A stretch of DNA of 64,000 bases from Planctomycetota bacterium (GTDB lineage Bacteria > Planctomycetota > UBA1135), in assembly GCA_045047305.1 (NCBI GenBank), contig JASFYO010000019.1, positions 1-64,000 of the forward strand, read 5' to 3'. How positions within the stretch are numbered: the stretch's first letter is position 1; every line of letters begins with the position of its first letter. The notes under the pieces are model-generated. The model worked only from the letters and a program-made list of their open reading frames with translations. It searched no databases and was not told the origin of the DNA. Of this stretch, positions 55,653 through 64,000 are shown one piece after another. A program made the translations under genes and the position numbers.

Positions 55653-56276
55653 TTACTCTGCAGCCTTTAGCTGACGGATTTCGTCTGCAGCCGCAGAAAA
55701 TCCAGCGGCTTGAGCTTTTTCGTACCACTCGAGGGCAAGAGCGGAGTTTTGTTCGACATCGATTCCGTAGCGGTAGGCAACGCCAATATCGAAGGGCGCC
55801 TGGGCATGGCCATCGGCGGCGGCTTTTGCCAGCAGGGCAAGGCCTGCTGGAACGTCGATTGCGAAGCCTCTACTGCCGTGAAACTTGCATTTACCAACAA
55901 AGTAAACGGCCTCGGTGTAGTTTGCATCCACCGCTTTTTGCATCCACTCTTTGCCAGAGTCATCTTTTTCCGACATGAGCCGCTGGCCTAATAAAAAGCT
56001 TGCTTGCGCATTACCGCTTTCGGCTACGTCCACGAGGTCCTGCGAATTGGGGGAATACAAGGCGGTCATGGCAGCATCGCTTTCATTCACAGTCTCCTTG
56101 GCCTTTCCAGCTTTTTCGCGCACAAGGTTTTCCAAATCCGCCATTGCGTCTTCATCGCCCAGGCTGGCAGCATGAACTAATTCCTGAGTGGTAGGCATTT
56201 CTTCCTTTTCGCCGCAAGCGGTAAGGGCAAGTGCTGCGGGGAATAATATTAGGAAGGGAATGCGCGGGAAAGACAT
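55653..56276 (-). CDS. Sel1-repeat lipoprotein
   Basis: LALTAC lipobox; Sel1 repeats such as YRYGIDVEQN...ALEWYEKAQAAG. Confidence 0.8.
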   Translation of the reverse strand: MSFPRIPFLILFPAALALTACGEKEEMPTTQELVHAASLGDEDAMADLENLVREKAGKAKETVNESDAAMTALYSPNSQDLVDVAESGNAQASFLLGQRLMSEKDDSGKEWMQKAVDANYTEAVYFVGKCKFHGSRGFAIDVPAGLALLAKAAADGHAQAPFDIGVAYRYGIDVEQNSALALEWYEKAQAAGFSAAADEIRQLKAAE

Positions 56277-56306
56277 GGAAGAAGGATAGGGGCGTGAACC
56301 TGTTGA

Positions 56307-56348
56307 TAAAAGGAAAGAGCCCGCATGAACGAACATGCGGGCTCTTTC
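56307..56348 (-). terminator. Intrinsic terminator after groEL
   Basis: 15-bp perfect stem GAAAGAGCCCGCATG/CATGCGGGCTCTTTC followed by CTTTT on the minus strand. Confidence 0.85.
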
Positions 56349-56368
56349 GAGTGAAGATGGTGCAGGCT

Positions 56369-58021
56369 CTAGAAGCCGCCCATGCCACCCATTCCGCCCA
56401 TACCACCCATTGGGTCGCCGCCACCGGCAGGCATAGCAGGAGCAGCTTCTTTCACTTCGGAGACGATGGCCTCGGTGGTGAGTAGCAAGGTGCTGACGGA
56501 AGAAGCATTCTGCAAAGTAGTGCGCACGACCTTCGTTGGGTCAATGATGCCCATCTTGATCATGTCGACGTACTCGCCAGTCGCTGCGTTGTAACCCTGT
56601 GCAAAGCCCTTTGCGTTACGCACTTTGTCGACCACGATGCTGGCATCGACGCCAGCGTTAGAGGCGATTTGGCGAATAGGAGCTTCCAGTGCACGGCTGA
56701 TGATTTCCGCACCAGATTTTTGGTCTCCGGACAAGTCCAGCTTGGCAATGATGGCTTGCGCACGAAGCAGGGAAGTTCCACCGCCTGGCAGCACGCCTTC
56801 TTCAGCGGCTGCGCGGACGGAAGCGAGTGCGTCATCAACGCGGTCCTTCTTCTCCTTCATTTCCGCTTCGGTTGCAGCGCCAACGTTGAGTACAGCAACG
56901 CCACCGGCCAACTTGGCCAAGCGTTCCATGAGCTTCTCCTTATCGTAATCGCTGGAAGTGCGATCAATTTCTGCACGGATGAAATCCATGCGCTCTTTGA
57001 TTGCAGACTTCTTGCCAGCACCTTCGACGATGGTGGTTGCGTCTTTCGTGATGACCACGCGCTTGGCTTGGCCAAGTTGCTCGATGGTTGCGGTGTCCAA
57101 TTTCAGACCAAGGTCTTCCATCAGTGCAACGCCGCCAGTCAACACAGCGATGTCTTCCATCATGGCCTTGCGGCGATCGCCGAAGCCAGGTGCTTTTACG
57201 GCAGCACACTTAAAGATGCCACGTAGTTTGTTGACCACCAAAGTTGCGAGCGCTTCGCCCTCGACATCTTCTGCAAGAATCAACAAAGGCTTGCCGGACT
57301 TAGCTACGGCCTCCAGTACAGGAAGCATGTCGCGTACGCTGGAAATCTTCTTCTCGAAGATGAGGATATAAGGGTCCTCCAGCTCGACTTCCATCTTCTC
57401 CATGTTGGTGGAGAAGTGCGGGGACAGGTAGCCCTTATCGAACTGCATGCCTTCAACCCACTCAATCTCGGTTTCGAGTGAGCGACCTTCTTCGACGGTG
57501 ATGACGCCATCTTTGCCAACCTTCTCAAAAGCTTCGGCGAGCTTAGCGCCAATCTCTTTGTCGTTGTTGGAAGCGATGGTCGCAACCTGCATGATTTCCT
57601 CAGTGGTCTTGACCTTGGTTGACTTCTTCTTCAAGAAATCCACGACGGCTTCCACTGCAGCTTCCATGCCGCGCTTTAGCTCAATTGGGTTCGCGCCTGC
57701 AGCAACGTTGCGTAGGCCTTCTTCGTAGATGGCTTCGGCGAGCACGGTTGCAGAAGTGGTGCCGTCACCAGCGATGTCGCTGGTCTTGGCGGAAACCTGA
57801 CGCACCAGTTGTGCACCAATGTTTTCATATGCGTCTTCGAGTTCAATCTCGCGTGCAACCGTGACACCATCCTTGGTGACAATCGGTGTGCCGAAAGATT
57901 TCTCAATGATCACGTTGCGGCCGCGTGGGCCGAGAGTGACTTTGACTGCTGCAGCGAGCTTCTGCACGCCAGCGCGGATGCCCTCGCGAGCTTCCTGATC
58001 GAATGCGATTTTCTTAGCCAT
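56369..58021 (-). CDS. groEL: Chaperonin GroEL
   Basis: [35 protein letters not shown] tail. Confidence 0.98.
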   Translation of the reverse strand: MAKKIAFDQEAREGIRAGVQKLAAAVKVTLGPRGRNVIIEKSFGTPIVTKDGVTVAREIELEDAYENIGAQLVRQVSAKTSDIAGDGTTSATVLAEAIYEEGLRNVAAGANPIELKRGMEAAVEAVVDFLKKKSTKVKTTEEIMQVATIASNNDKEIGAKLAEAFEKVGKDGVITVEEGRSLETEIEWVEGMQFDKGYLSPHFSTNMEKMEVELEDPYILIFEKKISSVRDMLPVLEAVAKSGKPLLILAEDVEGEALATLVVNKLRGIFKCAAVKAPGFGDRRKAMMEDIAVLTGGVALMEDLGLKLDTATIEQLGQAKRVVITKDATTIVEGAGKKSAIKERMDFIRAEIDRTSSDYDKEKLMERLAKLAGGVAVLNVGAATEAEMKEKKDRVDDALASVRAAAEEGVLPGGGTSLLRAQAIIAKLDLSGDQKSGAEIISRALEAPIRQIASNAGVDASIVVDKVRNAKGFAQGYNAATGEYVDMIKMGIIDPTKVVRTTLQNASSVSTLLLTTEAIVSEVKEAAPAMPAGGGDPMGGMGGMGGMGGF

Positions 58022-58031
58022 GATTTAAGCC

Positions 58032-58340
58032 CTAACCAATGATGCCGAGGATGTCGTTTTCCGACATGATGAGGTATTCCACACCTTCCCACTCGACTTC
58101 GGTGCCGGCATAGGAGGTGAATAGCACCCGGCTGCCGTTTTTCACGGCAAAGTCGGTGCGGGTGCCGTCGTCCAGCAAGCGACCTTCACCTAAAGCGATG
58201 ACGGTGCCTTCAGCTGGCTTCTCCTTTGCGGAGTCAGGTAGCACAATGCCACCGGCGGAGATGTCAGCAGCGGCGAGGCGCTGGACGAGAACTTTGTCGC
58301 CCAAAGGGCGGATTGCGACTTTCTTGGCGGTCTTGGCCAT
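58032..58340 (-). CDS. groES: Co-chaperonin GroES
   Basis: IRPLGDKVLV, GGIVLPDSAKEKP, YAGTEV. Confidence 0.97.
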   Translation of the reverse strand: MAKTAKKVAIRPLGDKVLVQRLAAADISAGGIVLPDSAKEKPAEGTVIALGEGRLLDDGTRTDFAVKNGSRVLFTSYAGTEVEWEGVEYLIMSENDILGIIG

Positions 58341-58369
58341 GGTTGATTCAGGTTTCTCGTAGCGCCGGA

Positions 58370-58801
58370 TTACCAAGGCTCACCGCTGTTTGGCGGTTGA
58401 CTCTCGGGCTCGTCCTGGGCAGGACGGTGATGCACTGGCGACTGGGAAAAGATGCGTTGGACGGTGATGCGCAGCAACTCCGCCGGGATGGGTTTCTTTA
58501 GCATGGTGATGACGCCCAACTCCATCGCAGCGAGTTCAATCTCACGTGAGGGGTTGCCGGTCATCAAAATGCTGGGAACAAGCTGCCCAGCTTGTCGAAC
58601 CTGCCCAATGACCTCCAAGCCGGTGAGGCCTGGCATGTGCATATCGAGCAGGGAGAGGTCATAACGAGTCTTCAGCAGTTGGCGCAGAGCATCTGCACCG
58701 GTGGAAGCCATCTCAATGCGAACGTCCAGGCCCTGCAATAGGGCCACGACAGCGCGAAGCTGGTCGTCTTGGTCGTCGGCTACGAGAATTCTGTAAGTCA
58801 T
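58370..58801 (-). CDS. Single-domain response regulator (receiver only)
   Basis: ILVADD, LLDMHMPG, MTG and KP receiver motifs; no output domain. Confidence 0.88.
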   Translation of the reverse strand: MTYRILVADDQDDQLRAVVALLQGLDVRIEMASTGADALRQLLKTRYDLSLLDMHMPGLTGLEVIGQVRQAGQLVPSILMTGNPSREIELAAMELGVITMLKKPIPAELLRITVQRIFSQSPVHHRPAQDEPESQPPNSGEPW

Positions 58802-58822
58802 GAGGTTCCCTCGCCTATGAAG

Positions 58823-58865
58823 AGCAATCCTCGTGCCATCCGCGGCCTGCCGTATCGGCAGTCCC
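58823..58865 (-). promoter_or_regulatory. Sigma-54 promoter of the receiver-groES-groEL operon with upstream palindromic operator
   Basis: Minus strand reads GGGACTGCCGATACGGCAGGCCGCGGA-TGGCACGAGGATTGCT. Confidence 0.8.
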
Positions 58866-58881
58866 TCTCGGCCGCCCCGCG

Positions 58882-59184
58882 CTAGCTGCCGGAAATGCCG
58901 AGGTCTTCCTCTTCGTCCTCGCCCTCATCGCCGAAATCCATACCGCCTTCGACCCACTCGTTTTCCTCGAGCCATTCACTTTTGTCGAGCGCTTGAGTAC
59001 GACCTTCCTCAAGGATGGCTTCATCCTCCCAGTGGTCGACGGCGTGCTTCAGAACTTCTTGATCGAGATTGCCAGCGCAGAGCAAACATTTGGCTCCACC
59101 TTCCAAGGCCTCAACGGCGTCACTGTAAGTAATGACTTCGTAGGAACAAAGCGGGCAACGGACGACGTTTTTGGCAGTACTCAT
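58882..59184 (-). CDS. Small Zn-finger-like (CxxC...CxxC) protein with acidic tail
   Basis: CPLC and CLLC; D/E-rich C-terminus; in line with the operon. Confidence 0.6.
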   Translation of the reverse strand: MSTAKNVVRCPLCSYEVITYSDAVEALEGGAKCLLCAGNLDQEVLKHAVDHWEDEAILEEGRTQALDKSEWLEENEWVEGGMDFGDEGEDEEEDLGISGS

Positions 59185-59193
59185 GAAGCATTC

Positions 59194-59757
59194 CTATCTA
59201 GGCGCCGACTCTCGTCCAGTCTCGCGCCAGCGCAAATAATGTAACAGCGGCAGCTGCAATAATGCGTGGGGGACTTCTCCATCTTCGAGCAGCGCAGCTA
59301 AATCGTGGAAGGCAATGAGCTCGACATCGATGACTTCATCCTGGTCCAAATCTCGTGCGACGTCGAGCTTGGCATTGCGGATGAGATAGGAAAAGCAATG
59401 GTTGTTGTGGGTGGCAGGATTCGGCTCTACCGTGCAAATCAATTGCGGAGCGTCGCCGCGATAACCGGTTTCTTCGGCAAGCTCTCGCACTACCGCAGCC
59501 ACGGGTTTTTCATCCGGCTCGATGATGCCGCCAGGAATTTCTAAGCGCACTGCGCCAACGCCCGGCCGATGTTGTCGGATGAAAACGATTTGATCGTCTT
59601 CGGTGACTGCAATCACATTGACCCAATCCGAAGCTTCAATCACAAAGAAGGAACGCTCTCCATCCTTATCCGGGTGGGTGTAAAAATCTTCGCGTACGGA
59701 AAAAAGGCGATAGTTCCCGCGCGCTTTCGATTGATGCTTGTGCCAGCGTTTAACCAT
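59194..59757 (-). CDS. NUDIX hydrolase (ADP-ribose pyrophosphatase-like)
   Basis: EIPGGIIEPDE....AVVRELAEETG Nudix box; start ATG59757 overlaps the upstream stop. Confidence 0.9.
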   Translation of the reverse strand: MVKRWHKHQSKARGNYRLFSVREDFYTHPDKDGERSFFVIEASDWVNVIAVTEDDQIVFIRQHRPGVGAVRLEIPGGIIEPDEKPVAAVVRELAEETGYRGDAPQLICTVEPNPATHNNHCFSYLIRNAKLDVARDLDQDEVIDVELIAFHDLAALLEDGEVPHALLQLPLLHYLRWRETGRESAPR

Positions 59758-60397
59758 GACCGGGAGGGATTCTTCCGCAATGGCCGCCACCAACGGCTTC
59801 CTTTGCCACTTCTAAGATTGCGGGAACTGCTCCCGATGCAAACAAAGAGTAAAGCGCACCTGCAAGATAATCAGCGGCCATGCGCTCAGGTTCCTCTTCC
59901 TCGAAGAAACGAGTGGCGGCAGCCGATGCACCGAATAGCAATACGGAAGTGGGTTCATCTTCTTGCCAAAAACGATCCCATTCACAGAAGCGTGAGTCAG
60001 CGCGTCGGGCGGCAAGGCGGTGCCAGTTACCGGCGCGTAAATGGTTGGCAAGATCTACCGAGTTCGCTTCGACCCGCACTTCCCAAATTGGGTCGTGTCC
60101 GAGTTCGCCCCAACTCATGCCGAGGAAGATTTGCATAAGGCCTTGGCGGTCGGACCAGCGGAATCCAAAGTCAAGCATGCCCTCTCCAGGAGTGTTGGAG
60201 ATTAAGCTCAGGGGGGCGTCGTCGGGGAGGCGGTAAACCGCAAAGGCGCGGTCCAATACGCGTCGGACACGGCGCAAAAAATCAGGAACGCGCATGATCG
60301 CCGCAAGATCTTCGAGCACGATGGCGTCTGCACCCAGCGGATTTGCTGAAGTGGAACGCTGTGGCGCGGAAGCTTTCTGTGGGGACGGTTCAATCAT
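59750..60397 (-). CDS. Hypothetical protein
   Basis: 215-aa ORF coupled to the NUDIX gene; TACACT -10 box upstream. Confidence 0.65.
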   Translation of the reverse strand: MIEPSPQKASAPQRSTSANPLGADAIVLEDLAAIMRVPDFLRRVRRVLDRAFAVYRLPDDAPLSLISNTPGEGMLDFGFRWSDRQGLMQIFLGMSWGELGHDPIWEVRVEANSVDLANHLRAGNWHRLAARRADSRFCEWDRFWQEDEPTSVLLFGASAAATRFFEEEEPERMAADYLAGALYSLFASGAVPAILEVAKEAVGGGHCGRIPPGHG

Positions 60398-60428
60398 GTC
60401 CCGGCCAGTGTAGGCGATAATTGCGAAC

Positions 60429-60776
60429 CTAGTTGTTCATCAAGTGCAGCGCGAAACTGGTTTCCTCTAAACCAGCTTCGAGGCTTCCAAGCATGACTTG
60501 CACCGCTTCCTGTCCGCGACCAAGTTCATGCAGGGCAAGAACGAGTTCGGCCACGGTGACCGGATCGGATGGTTCATGCTGCCAAGAACGCTTGAGGTAA
60601 GCTATGGAACCCTCTAAATCGCCTACAGAACGCAAGACTTTGCCCAATTCACGTGATACTTCTGGGGCTTCCGGGTCTGCGCGGAAGGCCTCTAGGAGGA
60701 AATCGGCAGCAGCGACAAAGCGCCCTTCTTCGTGACATTGATGGGCGTGCCGGAGCAATTCTGTGGAGGTGGGCAT
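60429..60776 (-). CDS. TPR-repeat protein
   Basis: TPR helices (P.APEVSRELGKVL...GD.EGSI.YL). Confidence 0.7.
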   Translation of the reverse strand: MPTSTELLRHAHQCHEEGRFVAAADFLLEAFRADPEAPEVSRELGKVLRSVGDLEGSIAYLKRSWQHEPSDPVTVAELVLALHELGRGQEAVQVMLGSLEAGLEETSFALHLMNN

Positions 60777-60856
60777 TGGACTGTGAAGGCGTCTTGGATG
60801 ACGGAACAGGCCTTTATCGACTGCATGGGAGTGCCCTCTTTAGCAGGAAAAAAGCA

Positions 60857-62965
60857 TTATTCCGTCGGTTTTTCTGCCGGAAGCCACCGTTTTACCGCTG
60901 CGGTGAGTTTTTCCACCGTAATTGGCTTGGCAAGATAGTCATCCATGCCGGCGGCGAAGCACTTGTCAGAATCTCCTTCCATGGCATTTGCGGTCATCGC
61001 CATGATGGGGACATGTCTTTCACCATCACTCTCTGCTTTACGGATGGTTGCGGTTGCCTCGTAGCCGTCCATGACGGGCATTTGGCAGTCCATGAGCACC
61101 AAGTCATAGTGACCACGGGCGACGGCCTTCACCGCTTCTGCACCGTTTGAGGCGATGTCAATCTCGCAGCCGAAACGTTGTAGCATTTTGACGGCAACCT
61201 TTTGGTTGACCAGATTATCTTCTGCAAGCAAAATGCGGGAACGCGAGAAGTTGAGTTTCTCTGCCAGAGAATGCTGAGTGACAAGCTCATTCAGCTCTCC
61301 GTAATTGGAGAGTCCCATTACCGTACCAATGCATTGTTCCAGCAAGGTGGCGCGCAGTGGCTTGGCAAGGTAGCCGGAAACTTTAATGTTTCTAGCCTCG
61401 GAAGCTTCTGCTCGATCGCCGAGTGAAGTTAGCAAAATGGTTGGTAAGTCGGAGATGCGATCATCTTCGCGGATTTTACGTGCAAGCTCCAAACCGTTCA
61501 TTGAGTTTGGCATATAGGCATCAAGCAGAGCAAGTTGAAATGGATCGTCGCCAGCCTTGGCGGCGAGCATGGCATCAAATGCGGTTTGTGCGTCTTCGAA
61601 CAATACGGGCTGAAGCCCCCAGTTCTGAAGCAAGGATTTGAGTAGCGTTCGGTTGGTGAGGTTGTCATCTACACAAGCAACGCGCATGCCTTTGAGTTCG
61701 ACAAGTGGAATTTCTTTCATCGGTTCAGAAACATTGCCAACTCCAAGTCGTACCGTGAACCAAAAAGTACTTCCTTTACCTTTCTCAGAATTCACGCCGA
61801 TTTCTCCACCCATCATTTCGGTGAGTTGCTTGGAAATGGCCAAGCCTAATCCAGTGCCACCAAATTCACGGGTGGTGGATTCATTGGCTTGCGTAAATGC
61901 TTGAAATAGACGCGATGCTTCTTCTGGAGTTAAGCCTACACCAGTATCGGTAATCTCAAAACGCAGCACGGTTTCGTCATCCGTGCGCGCCAAAGATTTA
62001 ATCTGCACCACAACTTCACCTTCCCGCGTAAACTTAATTGCATTGCCCACTAAGTTGGTAAGGATTTGACGCAATCTTCCCGGGTCACCTGCGACCTCAT
62101 TGGTGACGTCGTGATCCATGAGCAAGGTAAGTTCCAGATTGCCCAGGTGCGCTTTTTCCGCAAGGATGGCCAAAACGGATTCTGCCATGGAACGCAAATC
62201 GAAATCAATCGTTTCCAAATGCAGTTTCCCACTCTCGATTTTTGAGAAGTCGAGGATATCGTTAATGACAACTAACAAGGCTTCTGCAGAGTCTTGAATC
62301 GTATCTAAGAAACTGTGCTGTTCTCGATCGAGACTTGTTTCGTTGAGTAATCCTGCCATACCGATAACGCCATTCATTGGAGTTCGAATCTCATGACTCA
62401 TGGCGGCGAGGAAAGCGCTTTTGGCGGCAGTGGCCTTGACCAGTGCCTCATTCGCAAAATGAAGCTCATCGTTCTTTAAAGCGATTTGACCTTGGCTTTC
62501 GCGCAAGGCGTCATACGCCGCATCTCGCTGTAGGCGCATGCGGTAGGCACTAGCATGGTGGCGAATTCGCGCGACGAGCTCGTGAGCATCAGGCAGCTTT
62601 ACTAAGTAGTCGTCTGCTCCGGCAGTAAAGGCATCGGCCTTGTCTGCGCCATCGTCTTTGGAAGACAATACGATGATCGGAATGTTTTCAGTCGCAGAGT
62701 TTCCAGAGAAGAAACGAATCATGGCCATTCCATCTACGTCCGGCATGACGAGGTCTTGCAGGATGACGGTGGGCTGGATTTTTTCCACTTCACGCATCGC
62801 TTCGACTGGGTCGGAGCAGTGATGAAGAATAATGTCGGATTCCTGTGCCAGCATGCTGCGGATTGCCGCGCCGACTAAAATCTGGTCGTCGATGAGCAAA
62901 ACAAGAATCTCTTGATTCTCTCGCTGCTTGACCTGAGGAAAGACCTTTGTTTTAGGTTTGTCCAT
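60857..62965 (-). CDS. Soluble hybrid histidine kinase: WspR-like REC - HisKA - HATPase - REC - REC
   Basis: N-terminal receiver ([24 protein letters not shown]); [11 protein letters not shown]-box; N/G boxes; two C-terminal receivers. Confidence 0.92.
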   Translation of the reverse strand: MDKPKTKVFPQVKQRENQEILVLLIDDQILVGAAIRSMLAQESDIILHHCSDPVEAMREVEKIQPTVILQDLVMPDVDGMAMIRFFSGNSATENIPIIVLSSKDDGADKADAFTAGADDYLVKLPDAHELVARIRHHASAYRMRLQRDAAYDALRESQGQIALKNDELHFANEALVKATAAKSAFLAAMSHEIRTPMNGVIGMAGLLNETSLDREQHSFLDTIQDSAEALLVVINDILDFSKIESGKLHLETIDFDLRSMAESVLAILAEKAHLGNLELTLLMDHDVTNEVAGDPGRLRQILTNLVGNAIKFTREGEVVVQIKSLARTDDETVLRFEITDTGVGLTPEEASRLFQAFTQANESTTREFGGTGLGLAISKQLTEMMGGEIGVNSEKGKGSTFWFTVRLGVGNVSEPMKEIPLVELKGMRVACVDDNLTNRTLLKSLLQNWGLQPVLFEDAQTAFDAMLAAKAGDDPFQLALLDAYMPNSMNGLELARKIREDDRISDLPTILLTSLGDRAEASEARNIKVSGYLAKPLRATLLEQCIGTVMGLSNYGELNELVTQHSLAEKLNFSRSRILLAEDNLVNQKVAVKMLQRFGCEIDIASNGAEAVKAVARGHYDLVLMDCQMPVMDGYEATATIRKAESDGERHVPIMAMTANAMEGDSDKCFAAGMDDYLAKPITVEKLTAAVKRWLPAEKPTE

Positions 62966-63997
62966 TTAATTTGACTCCATTGATGCATGTGATTTCTTAG
63001 CTTTTGTGGAAAAAGCTGAGCAAATTTCTTCACGGGATAACACTTGAGCGGCAGCTTGAATAGCGACGGCCGCCTTCGGCATACCGTAAACAGCTGAAGA
63101 CGCTTGGTCTTGAGCGATGGTGTTGTGTCCGGCTTCTCTTAGCGCAAGCAGTCCTTTCGCTCCGTCCCTTCCCATGCCGGTAAGCAAGACTCCTGTCGCC
63201 GCGCCCGTCCAGTGTCGTGCAACGCTATTGAAAAACTCATCTACCGACGGCCGATAGGGGAGGTTGACGGGTTCAGCGCAGTACTGAAAACTTCCATGGC
63301 GGGAAATCACAAGGTGGTCGGAGGTCATGGCAAGGTAAACCACGCCGTGCTTGGGGCGCTCTCCAGCAACGGCAGCACGCACTGGAAGTGGTGAGTCTTG
63401 CCCGAGCCATTCGACGAGACCCGGTAGGAAGAGTGAATCTAAGTGTTGGGTAATCACTACAGCAAAGTCGGGATCAGGATCGATGGATTTCAAGATGCTT
63501 TGTAGTACGCCAGGCCCCCCGGTTGAGGCCCCTATGCAGACTAAGCTTTGCGCAAAGTTACTTCTTTTGAGATTCCGACTTGAATCATCTGGAATCATGC
63601 TGCCGTGAAGCATTTGCTCGATGGAATCAATTTTATTAAGCAAAATGGAGCCCAACCTGCATGATCCCAGTGCACTTTGACTTGGTGTTTGCACGGCATC
63701 AATCGCGCCAGCCGCAAGTGCTTCGTAAACTAATTTAGCGTTTCCTACTAGAGTACTAGTTACCAATAAAATAGGAAGCGAAGAGTTTTGCATGATTTCC
63801 TTGGTGGTCTCCACCCCGTTTTTCCCGGGCATCACTAAGTCCATCAAGATCAAATCGGCGGTAGGGCGAGTGGCCATTACACACGCTTGCTCGCCATCTT
63901 CCGCGACCCAAGCGATGCTGTGTCGGTTGGAATTCTGGATGATGCGGCGCAACGCTTCGCGCGCAATAGGGGAGTCATTTACGATGGCGATTCTCAT
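62966..63997 (-). CDS. cheB: Chemotaxis methylesterase CheB, WspF-like
   Basis: MRIAIVND receiver; GASTGGP, QH, YRPSVD, LLTGMGRDGA.GL, QD..S..VYGMP. Confidence 0.93.
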   Translation of the reverse strand: MRIAIVNDSPIAREALRRIIQNSNRHSIAWVAEDGEQACVMATRPTADLILMDLVMPGKNGVETTKEIMQNSSLPILLVTSTLVGNAKLVYEALAAGAIDAVQTPSQSALGSCRLGSILLNKIDSIEQMLHGSMIPDDSSRNLKRSNFAQSLVCIGASTGGPGVLQSILKSIDPDPDFAVVITQHLDSLFLPGLVEWLGQDSPLPVRAAVAGERPKHGVVYLAMTSDHLVISRHGSFQYCAEPVNLPYRPSVDEFFNSVARHWTGAATGVLLTGMGRDGAKGLLALREAGHNTIAQDQASSAVYGMPKAAVAIQAAAQVLSREEICSAFSTKAKKSHASMESN

Positions 63998-64000
63998 GTA

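Noticed and set aside
1..64000. CRISPR arrays, IS elements, prophage, CIRCE operators
   Set aside because: No regularly spaced repeats, transposase, integrase or phage genes, or TTAGCACTC-N9-GAGTGCTAA motif found by eye; short or degenerate cases could have been missed

Overview
A gene-dense chromosomal window of about 55% GC (by eye). It is probably from a Planctomycetota/PVC bacterium, inferred from a PVC-type heme/glucose-dehydrogenase fusion, membrane-tethered ECF sigma factors and sulfatase-like proteins. I saw no CRISPR array, prophage or IS element. In order, the window holds: the end of a pseudopilin/minor-pilin cluster; an OlsB/OlsA-like aminolipid pair followed by a hydrolase-DedA-ATP-grasp fusion; arsC; a GST; a GCS2-CBS ligase with an M14 peptidase; MarR; an ECF/anti-sigma cluster with a degenerate sigma paralogue; pdxA; a di-heme peroxidase; glnA; a 1378-aa dehydrogenase/cytochrome c/ThuA/SUMF1 fusion with a Tat oxidoreductase; clpB; three LolA-like proteins; pdxJ/rsmD/nagA; a TM-fused ECF; PMI, a pseudouridine synthase and an HD protein; tRNA-Leu(GAG); SulP with a beta-carbonic anhydrase; a receiver-groES-groEL operon; and the end of a Wsp-like chemosensory operon. 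The strongest hidden signal is an identical composite promoter upstream of both clpB and the groESL operon (GGGACTGCC-N5-GGCRG-N8-TGGCACG-N4-TTGCW). It combines a sigma-54 promoter with an abutting palindrome, suggesting a sigma-54 chaperone regulon with an unidentified regulator. Other notable signals are widespread leaderless-type promoters (one perfectly bidirectional), two structured intergenic RNA candidates, a Wsp system whose WspR receiver drives a histidine kinase instead of a GGDEF domain, and a candidate peptidolipid pathway. All calls come from motif reading by eye; no database searches were run.
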